Shown: positions 48,327 through 58,693, counted from the first letter of the stretch. The stretch: 64,000 nucleotides of DNA from an uncultured Chloroflexia bacterium (GCA_963813535.1 CAWEZH010000002.1:1600001-1664000); one strand, 5' to 3'. Translations and numbers: made by a program. Notes: generated from the sequence alone by a model not told the origin.

Positions 48327-49178
48327 CTACGGGCGGTCGTCACGCGAGACGCGACGTTCAGAGAGTCGCTCGTCGTAGCGTCGGTCGCGCCACGCCAACG
48401 CGGCCTTGAGGCCGTCGCGCCGGACGATGGTGTCCCATTCGCGCTGCTCGGGCGTGTCGGCCGCATTGATGATGGCGCCGAGGTCCAGACCGGCCTCCAC
48501 CGCGAGCCGGAACCCAGCCGCGTCCATGGCCCGATTCAACATGCGCTTGGTCGGGCCCATGACCTCGGGTGGCGTCCGAGCAAGGCGGTCGGCGAGCGCA
48601 TCGACCTCGGATGCGAGACGGTCCGCCGGCACCACCCGGTTGATGAGCCCGATGCGCTCGGCCTCGGCGGCATCGATCAGGTCGCCCGTGAGCAGCAGTT
48701 CGCGGGTCTTCTTCTGGCCGATGAGATACGGCATCAAGAGCGTGACCGGCGCCGACCCGTAGCGGATCTCCGGTTCGCCGACCATCGTCCCCTCGGCCGC
48801 GACGATGAGGTCGCAGGCCATCGCCAGCTCGAGGCCGCCCGCCAGGGCGTACCCATGGATCTGGGCGATGACCGGCTTCGGCGAGTCAAGGAAGCGCAGC
48901 GTCGCGGCGACGTCGGCCGCCAGCAGATCCCGCCAGGTGACAGGTCCGCTGATATCCGAGCCCGCCTCCTCGGTCAGGTCGTAGCCGGCGCAAAAGGCGC
49001 GGCCGGCTCCCTCGAGCACGATCACCCGCACGTCCGGGTCGGACTCGGCCGCATCGAGGGCCTCGAGCATCGCCTGCACGAGTGGTCCGTTGAGCGCATT
49101 GAGCTTGCTGGGCCGGTCGAGCAGCAGGCGGACGCCCCAATCGGTGCGGGTCGTGCGGAGGACCGGTTCGTCAGCCAT
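48327..49178 (-). CDS. Enoyl-CoA hydratase/isomerase
   Basis: KLNALN, AFCAGYDL, KPVIAQIHGYALAGGLEL, PEIRYG. Confidence 0.9.
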   Translation of the reverse strand: MADEPVLRTTRTDWGVRLLLDRPSKLNALNGPLVQAMLEALDAAESDPDVRVIVLEGAGRAFCAGYDLTEEAGSDISGPVTWRDLLAADVAATLRFLDSPKPVIAQIHGYALAGGLELAMACDLIVAAEGTMVGEPEIRYGSAPVTLLMPYLIGQKKTRELLLTGDLIDAAEAERIGLINRVVPADRLASEVDALADRLARTPPEVMGPTKRMLNRAMDAAGFRLAVEAGLDLGAIINAADTPEQREWDTIVRRDGLKAALAWRDRRYDERLSERRVSRDDRP

Positions 49179-51387
49179 GGTCGGCGACGACGACGAGCGC
49201 ATCGACTGCGATCGCGCCATCGGCCGTCGCGATCACGGGGTTGAGGTCGATCTCGAGGACGTCCGACCGCTCGAAGGCGAACGCGGCGACGCCCGCGACC
49301 AGCTCGGCGAGTGCATCTCGGTCGATCGCCGGGCGTCCTCGGAAGCCGTCGAGCAGCGTGGTCCCGCGGAGCTCATCCAGCATCTCGAGGGCGACCGCCC
49401 GAGGGACCGGCGCGAGGCGGACCGCGACGTCGTCCATGACCTCGGCGAGCACGCCACCGAAGCCCACCATCACGCACGGCCCGAACGACGCATCGCGGCG
49501 TGCACCGATGATGAGCTCGACGCCCGGCTCGGCCATCGGCTCGACCAACAGGCCACGCGCGTCGATGCCATGCCGTCGGGCGGCATCGAGAAGGTCTCGG
49601 GCCGCGCCACGGATCGCGTCGTCGCCGCGGAGCCCGAGGCGGACCAGACCGAGATCGCTCTTGTGTGGCACGTCGACCGCGTCGATCTTCAGGACGACCG
49701 CATGGCCACCGAGCGGACGTGCCGCTTCGACGGCTGCGTCCGCGTCGGGGACGGCGACAGCCGGCGTGACGGCCAGGCCGGCCTGACGCAGCAGGTCGAG
49801 ACTGTCCCGCTCGGCGAGTGGTCGCGCGACGGTCGCGTCGGGCGGACGCAGGGCGGCGGTATCGAGGCCGTACGCCGTCGGGTCGGCGGCTAGCGCCGGC
49901 CACGAGGCCCGCCACGGCCCGGAGCCGACGCGAGCATCGTGGCGGCGCTCCCAGCGAGCGAGCGAGCCGATCGCCCGGAACGCCTCGCTCGCACCGCGCA
50001 GCAACGGCGCTCCGCCTCCCTGCTCGTCGAGGACGGCCTTGGTCTCGGGTGGCGGCTCGCCCGATGTCAGCGACACGTAGACAGGCAGCAGCCACGGCCG
50101 GTCGCGCGTCGCGTCGAGCAACGCGCGTGTCACCTCGTCGGCGGTGGCGACCTCGGCAGCCATCGATCGATACGGAAAGTCGTGGACCTGGACGAGCACG
50201 TCGTACGCATCGGACGCCGCCATGGCCTCGAAGACCACGCCGTATGCGGTCGTCGCGTCCGCGGCACCCCACGGGTCGAGCGGGTTTCCGATGAAGCCCA
50301 TCGTCGGGAGAGCCTCCATGATCCGGTCGCGCGCAGCGCTCGGGATCGGCGGCAGGTCGAGTCCCGCGGATGGCGCGAGATCGGCGATGAGCGACGCTTC
50401 GCCGGTGCTGACCGTCACGACGCCCGTCCGCCCACGCCCGATGCCTCGACCCGTCCGCCGGATGCCCTCCACGAGCTCTGCTGTCTCGAGCAGCTCGTCG
50501 AGGTCCGCGCAGCGGATCACGCCGGCGGCATCAAGGGCGGCGTCCGTCGCGCGGGCCTCGCCCGCGAGCGAGCCTGAATGGGCGACGGCTGCAGCGCGTG
50601 CGTGCTCGCTCCGGCCGACCTTCACGGCCATGATCGGCTTGCCGAGCTCCAGGGCGCGATCCGCCAGCGCCAGGAACCGCTCAGGGCGACGGAACCCCTC
50701 GAGGAACAGGATGACCGAGGTCGTCTCCGGGTCGTCGAGGCAGTAGGCCAGGTAGTCGCAGACGTCGAGGACGACCTCCGATCCGCAGCTGATGATCCGG
50801 CTGAAGCCGACCCGCGACCCCGACTGGACGAACGCGTCGGTCACGGATCCCGACTGCGCGATGCCGGCGACGCCGCCACGGGGCAGGTATGGCGAAACAT
50901 CGCCGATGTAGCTCGACGAGTTCACAGTCAGGTCGATGACACCCATGCAGTTCGGCCCGACGAGCGCCAACCGATGTCGGCGGGCGATCTCGGCCACCTC
51001 TGCCTGCATGGCGGCAGCGGCCGCCCCACCCTCGACGACACCACCACCAGGGATGATCACCGCAGGGATCCCCGCATCGGCCGCGGCCTGGGTGACGGTG
51101 GCCGCGCGGAGCGGGTTGAGCGCGACGAGGGCGATGTCCGGTCGCTCCGGCAGCTCGGCGAGGGATGGGTAGCACGGCTGGCCCAGCAACTCGTCGTACT
51201 TGGGGTTCACGAAATGACAGCGTGTCGCGCTGCCCATGAGCTTGAGGTTGTCGCGGACTGTCTCGGCGATCCAGCTCCGGCTCGACGCGCCGACGATCGC
51301 GATCGAGTCCGGCCGGAATACGGGTCGCAGGTCGATCTCCCCGGATCCAACGAGCGGTTCAGTGGCGGTCATCGCCGGCTCCGTCAT
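49171..51387 (-). CDS. ADP-forming acetate/acyl-CoA ligase family protein (fused alpha/beta)
   Basis: PDSIAIVGAS, GPNCMG, AQSG, phospho-His motif AHSGSLAG, NPLD, HKSDLG, EIDLNP. Confidence 0.88.
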   Translation of the reverse strand: MTEPAMTATEPLVGSGEIDLRPVFRPDSIAIVGASSRSWIAETVRDNLKLMGSATRCHFVNPKYDELLGQPCYPSLAELPERPDIALVALNPLRAATVTQAAADAGIPAVIIPGGGVVEGGAAAAAMQAEVAEIARRHRLALVGPNCMGVIDLTVNSSSYIGDVSPYLPRGGVAGIAQSGSVTDAFVQSGSRVGFSRIISCGSEVVLDVCDYLAYCLDDPETTSVILFLEGFRRPERFLALADRALELGKPIMAVKVGRSEHARAAAVAHSGSLAGEARATDAALDAAGVIRCADLDELLETAELVEGIRRTGRGIGRGRTGVVTVSTGEASLIADLAPSAGLDLPPIPSAARDRIMEALPTMGFIGNPLDPWGAADATTAYGVVFEAMAASDAYDVLVQVHDFPYRSMAAEVATADEVTRALLDATRDRPWLLPVYVSLTSGEPPPETKAVLDEQGGGAPLLRGASEAFRAIGSLARWERRHDARVGSGPWRASWPALAADPTAYGLDTAALRPPDATVARPLAERDSLDLLRQAGLAVTPAVAVPDADAAVEAARPLGGHAVVLKIDAVDVPHKSDLGLVRLGLRGDDAIRGAARDLLDAARRHGIDARGLLVEPMAEPGVELIIGARRDASFGPCVMVGFGGVLAEVMDDVAVRLAPVPRAVALEMLDELRGTTLLDGFRGRPAIDRDALAELVAGVAAFAFERSDVLEIDLNPVIATADGAIAVDALVVVADHG

Positions 51388-52559
51388 CCAACCACCCGAT
51401 CCACCCCGCGCCGCTCCAGTGCGCGCGCGATGATCAGCCGTTGGATCTCCGACGTCCCCTCCCAGATCCGGTCGACGCGAAGCTCCCGGAAGAACCGTTC
51501 GGCGGCCGTCTCGCGCATGTAGCCGCGGCCACCGAAGACCTGGACGACCCGGTCGGCGCAGCGGAAGGCCGCCTCCGACGCGAACAGCTTCGCAAGCGAC
51601 GCCTTGGCATGGACGACCTTCGGATCGGCGCCGCTGTCGGCCAGGACCGCCGCCTCGCGGGTCAGCAGTCGGGCGGCGGACGCATCCGCGGCGGAATCGG
51701 CCAACGGGAACGACACGCCCTGGAAGTCGTAGATGCGCTCGCCGAACTGGACGCGCTCCCTGGCCCAGGCCACGGCCTCGGTCAGGAGACGCTCCATCGC
51801 TCCGCTGCAGCGGGCCCCGATGTGGATGCGTTCCTCGACGAACCACTCGTTGGTCAGCTCGTCCGCTCGGCCGATCCCGCCGAGGACCGCCGACGCCGGC
51901 ACGCGCACGTCGTCGAGCACGAACTGCGGGTGCCGGTCCGCGAACGTGTGCATGTACGCCGGGTCGTGCGACATGGTCAGGCCATTCGTGTCGTAGTCGA
52001 CGAGGAACAGCGTCGGCTTGCTGTCGTCGCCGTCGACGACGTTGCAGTGGAAGATCATGAAGTCGGTATCCGGCGGCCCGGTGACGAACCATTTCTCGCC
52101 GTTGAGGACGTACTCGCCGGTCGACGGGTCCTCGACAGCAGTGGCGGTGAGCGCCCGGGCGTCGGACCCGGCGCCCGCCTCGGTGATCGCGTAACTGCCA
52201 TTCCGCTCGCCCCGAAGGCTCGGCTCGAGATAGCGCGGCCGCTGCTCCGGATCGCAGTGGATGAGCGCGTTGTAGCCGCCCGGGATCAGCCCCCACAGCC
52301 CACCGGTGACCTGGCCGAGCTGTTCGTGGACCAGGACCTGCTCGAGAAGGGTCCAGCCCTGACCGCCGAGCTCGAGCGGGAAGCTGCCGCCGTGCAGGTC
52401 CGCGGCGATGGCCTTCGCCTTCACGTCGCGAGCGAGCTCGGGGTCGATCCGCCCGCCAGCCGTCTCGAAACCCACCTCCAGCGGCTGGAGCACCTCACGG
52501 GCGAACGAACGCGCACGAGCCTGGAGCGCGAGCTGGTCCGGGCTCAGCGTGAGGTCCAT
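51384..52559 (-). CDS. Acyl-CoA dehydrogenase
   Basis: AITEAGAGSD, LNGEKWFVT, RVQFG, QVFGGRGY, RIWEGTSEIQR. Confidence 0.92.
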   Translation of the reverse strand: MDLTLSPDQLALQARARSFAREVLQPLEVGFETAGGRIDPELARDVKAKAIAADLHGGSFPLELGGQGWTLLEQVLVHEQLGQVTGGLWGLIPGGYNALIHCDPEQRPRYLEPSLRGERNGSYAITEAGAGSDARALTATAVEDPSTGEYVLNGEKWFVTGPPDTDFMIFHCNVVDGDDSKPTLFLVDYDTNGLTMSHDPAYMHTFADRHPQFVLDDVRVPASAVLGGIGRADELTNEWFVEERIHIGARCSGAMERLLTEAVAWARERVQFGERIYDFQGVSFPLADSAADASAARLLTREAAVLADSGADPKVVHAKASLAKLFASEAAFRCADRVVQVFGGRGYMRETAAERFFRELRVDRIWEGTSEIQRLIIARALERRGVDRVVG

Positions 52560-52714
52560 CGCGGCAAGGATGGCGCACGCAGTGGGCCCGCTCGGCCCGA
52601 TGTCGCAGGGCACGGGACGGTCCGCTGAACGAGGAACCCGGCCTTCCGGTATCGTCGGCGGGCCCGGGGGGACGGTCGCACGATCGGACCGGGGGAACGC
52701 GGAGCGGAGGAAGC

Positions 52715-54316
52715 GTGGCTTCGAGCACGGACGAGCCCCAGGGCACCTCCGCGGCCCTGGACCCGGGGACCGAGGGCGTCACCGACCCCGACGCCGGACG
52801 GTCGGCGAACCGCCAGCAGATCCGCGGTTCGAGTCTGCTCCTCGTGGGCCGGATGATCGGGCTGGCCCTCGACTTCGTCGCCCAGGTCCTGATCGTCCGC
52901 TACCTGGAGAAGACCGAGTACGGCGCATTCGCGCTCGCGATGTCGATCGTCGCGATCGGGACCACGGTGTGTCTGCTCGGGCTGGAGCGCACGGTCGGCC
53001 GGTTCGCCCCGATCTACCAGGAAAAGGGCGACCTGGGACGGATGTGGGGGACGATCGCCGTGGTCGTCGTGACGGTCATCACGATGGGTCTGGCCGTCAT
53101 CCTCGGCGTCTACGCGTTCCAGGGCGTCCTGGGCGGGCTGGTCAAGAACGAGCTCGCGCTGTCGATCCTGCTGCTGATGATCGTGCTCGCTCCGCTGCAG
53201 GCCCTCGACAGCCTCCTGATCTCGCTGTTCGCGACCTTCGGTTCGGCCCGCTCGATCTTCCTCCGGCGGTATGTCTTCGCCCCGGTGCTCCAGCTCAGCA
53301 TCGTGATCGCGCTGGTCGCGACGGGGAGCGGCGTCCGCTTGCTGGCGCTGGGCTACGTCGTCGCCGCCGCGGTCGGCATCCTGATCTACACCGTCGTCCT
53401 GCTTCGGATGTTGCGGAACCAGGGGCTGCTGGCGGAACTGCGGCGCGACACGATCCGACTCCCGACGCGCGAGATCTTCGCCTTCTCGATCCCCCTGCTC
53501 GCGTCTGACCTCGTGATGGTCCTGCGCACATCGCTCACGGTCGTGCTCATCGAGGTCCTGCGAAGCACCAGCGAAGTGGCCGAGTTCCGTGCGGTGATGC
53601 CGATCGCGATCCAGAACCTGTTCGTCGCGACGAGCTTCCGCTTCATCTTCACCCCGGGAGCGTCGCGGCTGTACGCGCGCGGCGACCAAAAGGCACTGAA
53701 CGACCTCTACTGGCAGACCGCGGCGTGGATCGCGATCCTGAGCTTCCCGCTATTCGCCCTGTGCGTCGGTTTCGCCGAGCCGCTGACGGTGCTCCTCTTC
53801 GGCCCCCAATACCAAGGAGCCGGCATCGTCCTCAGCATCCTGTGCGTCGGCTACTACGTGAACGGGGCACTCGGCTTCAACTCGCTCGTCCTGCGCGTGT
53901 TCGGCCGGGTCCGGTACCTGGTCACGGCCGACCTGATCACGGCGGCCGTCAATATCGTCGTGGCCGTGCTGCTGATCCGCCAGTTCGGGGCGGTCGGTGC
54001 CGCGATCGCGACGACCGGGACACTCCTGGTCCAGAACGCCGCCTACCAGTTCGGGCTCAAGAAGGAGACGTGGGTTGCGGCGGTCGACCCCCGCTACATC
54101 CGGCCCTACGCCTCGATCGTGGTCGGCACGATCGTGGTCGTGGCGGTCGCCGTCGCGGTGCACCCCCCGTTCATCCTGGGCATCGTGCTTGTCGGGATCG
54201 TCTCGGCCGTGGTGTTCGCGCTCAACCGCCACTCCCTGCAGATCGTCGACACCTACCCCGAGCTCGGGCGGTTCAGGTTGATGCGACGACTCTTCGGCGA
54301 CCCGTCGGCATCGTGA
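52715..54316 (+). CDS. Wzx-type polysaccharide flippase
   Basis: About 14 TMs; RYLEKTEYG, FSIPL, LLFGPQY, FGAVGAAIAT. Confidence 0.85.
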   Translation: MASSTDEPQGTSAALDPGTEGVTDPDAGRSANRQQIRGSSLLLVGRMIGLALDFVAQVLIVRYLEKTEYGAFALAMSIVAIGTTVCLLGLERTVGRFAPIYQEKGDLGRMWGTIAVVVVTVITMGLAVILGVYAFQGVLGGLVKNELALSILLLMIVLAPLQALDSLLISLFATFGSARSIFLRRYVFAPVLQLSIVIALVATGSGVRLLALGYVVAAAVGILIYTVVLLRMLRNQGLLAELRRDTIRLPTREIFAFSIPLLASDLVMVLRTSLTVVLIEVLRSTSEVAEFRAVMPIAIQNLFVATSFRFIFTPGASRLYARGDQKALNDLYWQTAAWIAILSFPLFALCVGFAEPLTVLLFGPQYQGAGIVLSILCVGYYVNGALGFNSLVLRVFGRVRYLVTADLITAAVNIVVAVLLIRQFGAVGAAIATTGTLLVQNAAYQFGLKKETWVAAVDPRYIRPYASIVVGTIVVVAVAVAVHPPFILGIVLVGIVSAVVFALNRHSLQIVDTYPELGRFRLMRRLFGDPSAS

Positions 54317-55602
54317 ACGAGGACAGCCAGCGGCGATCGCGGGTACCGCCCGAGTTCGAGTCGCTTGCCTACCTGTACCAGCCGGCCGACCCTGCCATCG
54401 AGTCCGCGATCGTCGAGGCCGATGAGCGATGGCTGGTGCCGGACGCGGTCGACGACGCGGTGGACGTCGTCCTGTGGGGGCGGCTGGCCCGCAACGAGCG
54501 ACCGTCGGCCGGTCTCGTCCCGATCGCGATCCGTCGCGAGATGGCGATCGCCCGGCTGCGCACGCGACCGCCCGGACGTCTCAGCGTCGCCGCCCTGCAT
54601 CGACTCCCGCCGGTGCGCCGGCCGGGGCTCATCCGGGGACCGATCCGCGCAGCGACGCTCGGCGGTGTCCTCGTCGAGATGGTCCGGCGGGGCGGTGCCG
54701 GCGGCGATCGACCGACGCGCGTGATCGACGCGGTCGTGACGGCGGCCGGATCGGACCCGCGTGGGCTTCGCCTTCGACCCAGCGGCGACGGGTCGGCGCT
54801 CGCTCGACTCACGCTCGCCGACGGCACCGAGGCCGAGCTTCGAGTCGCCAAGGCCGGGCATACGAAGGACCCGGCGCGAGGCTATGCGGGACTGCGAGCC
54901 CTGGAGAGCGCCCGCGTGCCCATGGTCCCGAGACCCCTCGGCGGCGGGACCACAGCCGGCGCTGCGTGGTCTGCCGAATCGGTCATGACCGGCGTGCACG
55001 TGCAGGCGCTGACGTCCGACCTCGTCGACCAGGTCTCGACGTTCCTTGCTGTCCTGCCGGTGGGCACCGGCCCCCGCCAGGCGATCGACGACCACCTCGA
55101 GGAGGTCGCCGAGTTCTTCCCGGAGCACGCAGCGGCACTGAAGAGCGTCGCCGAGGCCGCCGCCCGATGGAGCGCCGGGTTGCGACCTGTGCTGATCCAC
55201 GGCGACCTGTGGCTCAACAACCTCTTCACGGTCGATGGCCGGCTGACCGCAGTGTTCGACTGGGATACGTGGCACCCGTCCGGTCTGCCCGGCACCGACC
55301 TCCTCACGCTGCTGGCGGCGGAGGCGCGCACCCGTGAGCGGCGTGATATCGGACCCCTGCTGGTCGAGGACTACTGGAAAAGCCAGGAAGTCGTTGACGC
55401 GTTCACGAACTACTTCCGGTCACGCACGTGGCCTGTCCCGGACGCGGCCGGGCTCGCGGCGATCGCGACCGGCTGGTGGGCGAGCCGGTTGGCCAGCTCG
55501 CTGCACCGGGCGCTCCGGCAGATCGACGATCCGGCGTGGGTGCAGCGCAACCTCGTCGACGCGCTACCGCGGTTCGAGCAGCTGGCGCGCGAGCTGGGCT
55601 GA
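54313..55602 (+). CDS. Aminoglycoside-phosphotransferase-fold kinase
   Basis: Brenner motif IHGDLWLNN and VFDWD; GTG overlaps the flippase stop. Confidence 0.8.
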   Translation: MNEDSQRRSRVPPEFESLAYLYQPADPAIESAIVEADERWLVPDAVDDAVDVVLWGRLARNERPSAGLVPIAIRREMAIARLRTRPPGRLSVAALHRLPPVRRPGLIRGPIRAATLGGVLVEMVRRGGAGGDRPTRVIDAVVTAAGSDPRGLRLRPSGDGSALARLTLADGTEAELRVAKAGHTKDPARGYAGLRALESARVPMVPRPLGGGTTAGAAWSAESVMTGVHVQALTSDLVDQVSTFLAVLPVGTGPRQAIDDHLEEVAEFFPEHAAALKSVAEAAARWSAGLRPVLIHGDLWLNNLFTVDGRLTAVFDWDTWHPSGLPGTDLLTLLAAEARTRERRDIGPLLVEDYWKSQEVVDAFTNYFRSRTWPVPDAAGLAAIATGWWASRLASSLHRALRQIDDPAWVQRNLVDALPRFEQLARELG

Positions 55603-55609
55603 GCCCCGG

Positions 55610-56437
55610 CTACTCGATGACGAGGTCGGGCGGAACGTCCTCGGCGACCGGCGGGTAGCGCGGCTTCAGGTCAGCGATGGTGTCGGCCAGGATCGACGCC
55701 ACCGCGAGGTTGCGGAACCACTTCCGGTTCGCCGGGATGACGTACCACGGGGCGGCGTCGGTCGACGTCTTGCTCAGCGCGTCGTCGAACGCCGCCTGGT
55801 AGTCATCCCAGCGCTTGCGTTCCTCGAGATCGCCCATCGCGAACTTCCAGCGCTTCGCCGCGTCGTCGTAGCGGGCCTGGAATCGCTCGCGCTGCTCGTC
55901 CTTGTCGATGGCCAGGAAGAACTTGACGATGGTCGTCCCGTTGGCGGCCAGGTGCCGTTCGAATGCGTTGATCTGGTCGTACCGCTCCGCCCACACCTTG
56001 CGGGGAACGAGCCCGTGGACGCGAACCACGAGGACCTCCTCGTAGTGGGAGCGGTTGAAGATCCCGATCTCGCCCTTCCGGGGCATGGCCTTGTGGACAC
56101 GCCAGAGGTAGTCGTGGGCGAGCTCCTCGACGCTCGGCACCTTGAACGAGGTGACCGGGCTGCCCTGCGGGTTGAAGGCCGTCATGACCTTCTTGATGGT
56201 GCCGTCCTTGCCCGCCGCGTCGATCCCCTGCAGGACGACGAGCACCGCCCGCTTCGCCTCGGCCCAGAGGCGGTCCTGGAGCTCGGTGAGGCGCTCGAGC
56301 TGTCGGGCCGTCTCCGGTTCGGCCGCGACCTTGTCCCAGCCGGACGTCTCGCCGTGATCGCGTCGCGAGAGCCGCACCCGCGTGCCGGGCGTGGCGCGCA
56401 ACGAATCGCGCAGGTCGGGGTGGCGGGCCATCGACAT
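55610..56437 (-). CDS. ppk2: Polyphosphate kinase 2 family (class III-like)
   Basis: QGIDAAGKDG, SFKVPS, HDYLWR, FNRSHYE, APWYVIPANRKWFRN. Confidence 0.92.
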   Translation of the reverse strand: MSMARHPDLRDSLRATPGTRVRLSRRDHGETSGWDKVAAEPETARQLERLTELQDRLWAEAKRAVLVVLQGIDAAGKDGTIKKVMTAFNPQGSPVTSFKVPSVEELAHDYLWRVHKAMPRKGEIGIFNRSHYEEVLVVRVHGLVPRKVWAERYDQINAFERHLAANGTTIVKFFLAIDKDEQRERFQARYDDAAKRWKFAMGDLEERKRWDDYQAAFDDALSKTSTDAAPWYVIPANRKWFRNLAVASILADTIADLKPRYPPVAEDVPPDLVIE

Positions 56438-56514
56438 ACCTCGGCTGGCGGGCGGACGGTGCATCGGTCGTATGATGCGACCCTAGCCCATCGCGCAGCG
56501 CAGGAGCGCACGAC

Positions 56515-57960
56515 ATGACGGTCGCGACCGGTACCAAGCCACATCCGATCTTCCTGGCCGGTCGATGGGTCGATTCGCCCGACATCCTGGAGGTGGCCAA
56601 CCCGGCCGACCCGGCGAACCCGGCGGGGTCCACCTACAACGCGACACCCGAACAGTACGAAGAGGCCGTCACCGCCGCGGTCGAGGCGTTCGAGGTCACG
56701 AGGACCCTGCCCGCGTACGAGCGCGGCCGGATCCTGCGCGAGATCTCGGCTGGCATCAAGACCCGGCGCGAAGAGCTGGGCCGACTCATCGCGCTCGAGG
56801 CGGGCAAGCCGATCCGCGATGCGCTGGTCGAGGTCGATCGGGCGACGCTGACGTTCAGACTCGGCGCCGAGGAGGCCGAGCGCATGACCGGCGAGCTGAT
56901 CCCGCTCGACCTCATGCCTGCATCCAAGGATCGCGTCGGCATCACACGACGGTTCCCGATCGGACCGATCGCCGCGATCTCGCCGTTCAACTTCCCGCTC
57001 AACCTCGCGGCGCACAAGCTGTCGCCGGCGATCGCCAGCGGCAACACGATCGTGCTCAAGCCACCGTCCAAGGACCCATTGACGATGCTCACCATCGCCG
57101 AGATCGTCGAGGCCGCCGGCGTCCCGGCAGGGGCGGTCAGCATCCTGCCTATGACCCGCGAGCTCGGCGACCGGATGGTGGCCGACGATCGATTCAAGCT
57201 GCTCACGTTCACCGGCAGCCCATCCGTCGGCTGGCGGATGAAGGAACGTGCGGGCAAGAAGAAGGTCGTCCTCGAGCTCGGTGGCAACGCCGGCGTGATC
57301 GTCGACACGACCGCCGACCTCGACTGGGCCGTCAAGCGGACGCTCATCGGCGCGTACGCGTACGCCGGTCAGGTGTGCATCAGCGTGCAGCGGATGTTCG
57401 TCCACGAAGCGATCTGGGACTCGTTCATGGAGAGGTTCCTGGCCGGTGTGGCGGACCTCAAGGTGGGCGACCCGCTGGACCCGACCACCGACGTCGGGCC
57501 GATGGTCGACGAGCACCAGGCGAGCCGCACGCAGCGCTGGGTGGATGAAGCGGTGGCGATGGGTGGCAAGGTCCTCGCCGGTGGCACGGCGCAGGGCACG
57601 TTCTTCCCGCCGACGGTCCTGACCGACGTGCCGGTCGCGGCACAGGTCTGCAGCAACGAGGCCTTCGCGCCGTTGGTCGTGGCATTCCCGTTCAGCGATC
57701 TCGGCGACGCCATCGCGCGCGTGAACAATTCGATGTTCGGGCTGCAGACCGGTGTCTTCACCAACGACCTGACCGGCGCCTGGAAGGCATTCAACGAGCT
57801 CGAGGTCGGTGGCGTGATCGTCAACGACATCCCGACCTACCGGATCGACCACATGCCCTATGGCGGGGTCAAGGACTCCGGACTCGGTCGGGAGGGGCTG
57901 CGCTGGTCGATCGAGGACATGACCGAACTGCGCATCATGGTGCTCGCCCAGCCATCTTGA
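56515..57960 (+). CDS. Aldehyde dehydrogenase family protein
   Basis: SPFNFP, FTGS, LELGGN, GQVCISVQR, EAFAP, PYGGVKDSGLGREG. Confidence 0.92.
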   Translation: MTVATGTKPHPIFLAGRWVDSPDILEVANPADPANPAGSTYNATPEQYEEAVTAAVEAFEVTRTLPAYERGRILREISAGIKTRREELGRLIALEAGKPIRDALVEVDRATLTFRLGAEEAERMTGELIPLDLMPASKDRVGITRRFPIGPIAAISPFNFPLNLAAHKLSPAIASGNTIVLKPPSKDPLTMLTIAEIVEAAGVPAGAVSILPMTRELGDRMVADDRFKLLTFTGSPSVGWRMKERAGKKKVVLELGGNAGVIVDTTADLDWAVKRTLIGAYAYAGQVCISVQRMFVHEAIWDSFMERFLAGVADLKVGDPLDPTTDVGPMVDEHQASRTQRWVDEAVAMGGKVLAGGTAQGTFFPPTVLTDVPVAAQVCSNEAFAPLVVAFPFSDLGDAIARVNNSMFGLQTGVFTNDLTGAWKAFNELEVGGVIVNDIPTYRIDHMPYGGVKDSGLGREGLRWSIEDMTELRIMVLAQPS

Positions 57961-58000
57961 CCGGGAGTGTCTTGGGCCGTATCGGGGCGCCTGCTGTCGG

Positions 58001-58693
58001 CTACGAGCCGGTGCGATCGAGCCCGTGGCGGATGGCGTAGCGGGTCAGTGCGTTCATCCCCTTGACGCCGAGCTTCTCGGACACGTTGGCCAGGTGACGG
58101 CGGACCGTGTGGATGCTGATATCGAGCGCCTCGGCGATCTGCGCGGGCGAATGCCCTGACGCGAGAAGGCTGAGCACCTCCCGTTCGCGGGCGCTCATCG
58201 TCCCACCTTCGTAGAGACGGATGGAGTCCTCGACGACCGTGTTGGTCACGCTGCTGTGGAGGTAGCGCTCACCGCGCGCCACGGCGCGGATGGCATCGAC
58301 CAGGTCGCGCGACTGGGCGCCCTTCACGAGATACCCGACGGCTCCCGCGGCGAGGGCCTGGCGGACCGTCTCCGGGTCGCTGTGCATCGTCAGGACGATC
58401 ACCCGCAGGGAGGGCTGCCTGACCCGAAGGGCACGGAGCAGGGGGAGGGCGTCGCCCTCCGGGAAGGTCAGATCGAGCAGCAGGACGTCGGGCTTCTCCG
58501 CCACGACCAGGTCGATCGCCGAGGCGTGATCGGAGGCCTCGCCGACGATCTCGAAACCGGGCTCGTTCTGAAGGACGAGGCGCAGACCCTCCCGGATGAG
58601 GTGGTGGTCGTCGACGAGGGCGACCCGGACGACGCCGGCGATCCCGGCCGTCGGCGGCCGCGGCCGGTCGACCCCCCCTTCGGTTCCCATCAT
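58001..58693 (-). CDS. NarL/LuxR family response regulator
   Basis: VDDHHLIREG, LLDL, GYLVK, SAREREVL...TVRRH. Confidence 0.9.
   Translation of the reverse strand: MMGTEGGVDRPRPPTAGIAGVVRVALVDDHHLIREGLRLVLQNEPGFEIVGEASDHASAIDLVVAEKPDVLLLDLTFPEGDALPLLRALRVRQPSLRVIVLTMHSDPETVRQALAAGAVGYLVKGAQSRDLVDAIRAVARGERYLHSSVTNTVVEDSIRLYEGGTMSAREREVLSLLASGHSPAQIAEALDISIHTVRRHLANVSEKLGVKGMNALTRYAIRHGLDRTGS

Noticed and set aside
49171-52296. 1041 aa ORF as one giant protein
   Set aside because: The first ~300 codons are an off-frame shadow of the acyl-CoA dehydrogenase; the ligase starts at 51387.
54313-55602. Antibiotic-resistance aminoglycoside phosphotransferase
   Set aside because: Only the fold motifs match; it has a long extra N-terminus and is coupled to a flippase, which points to glycan modification.
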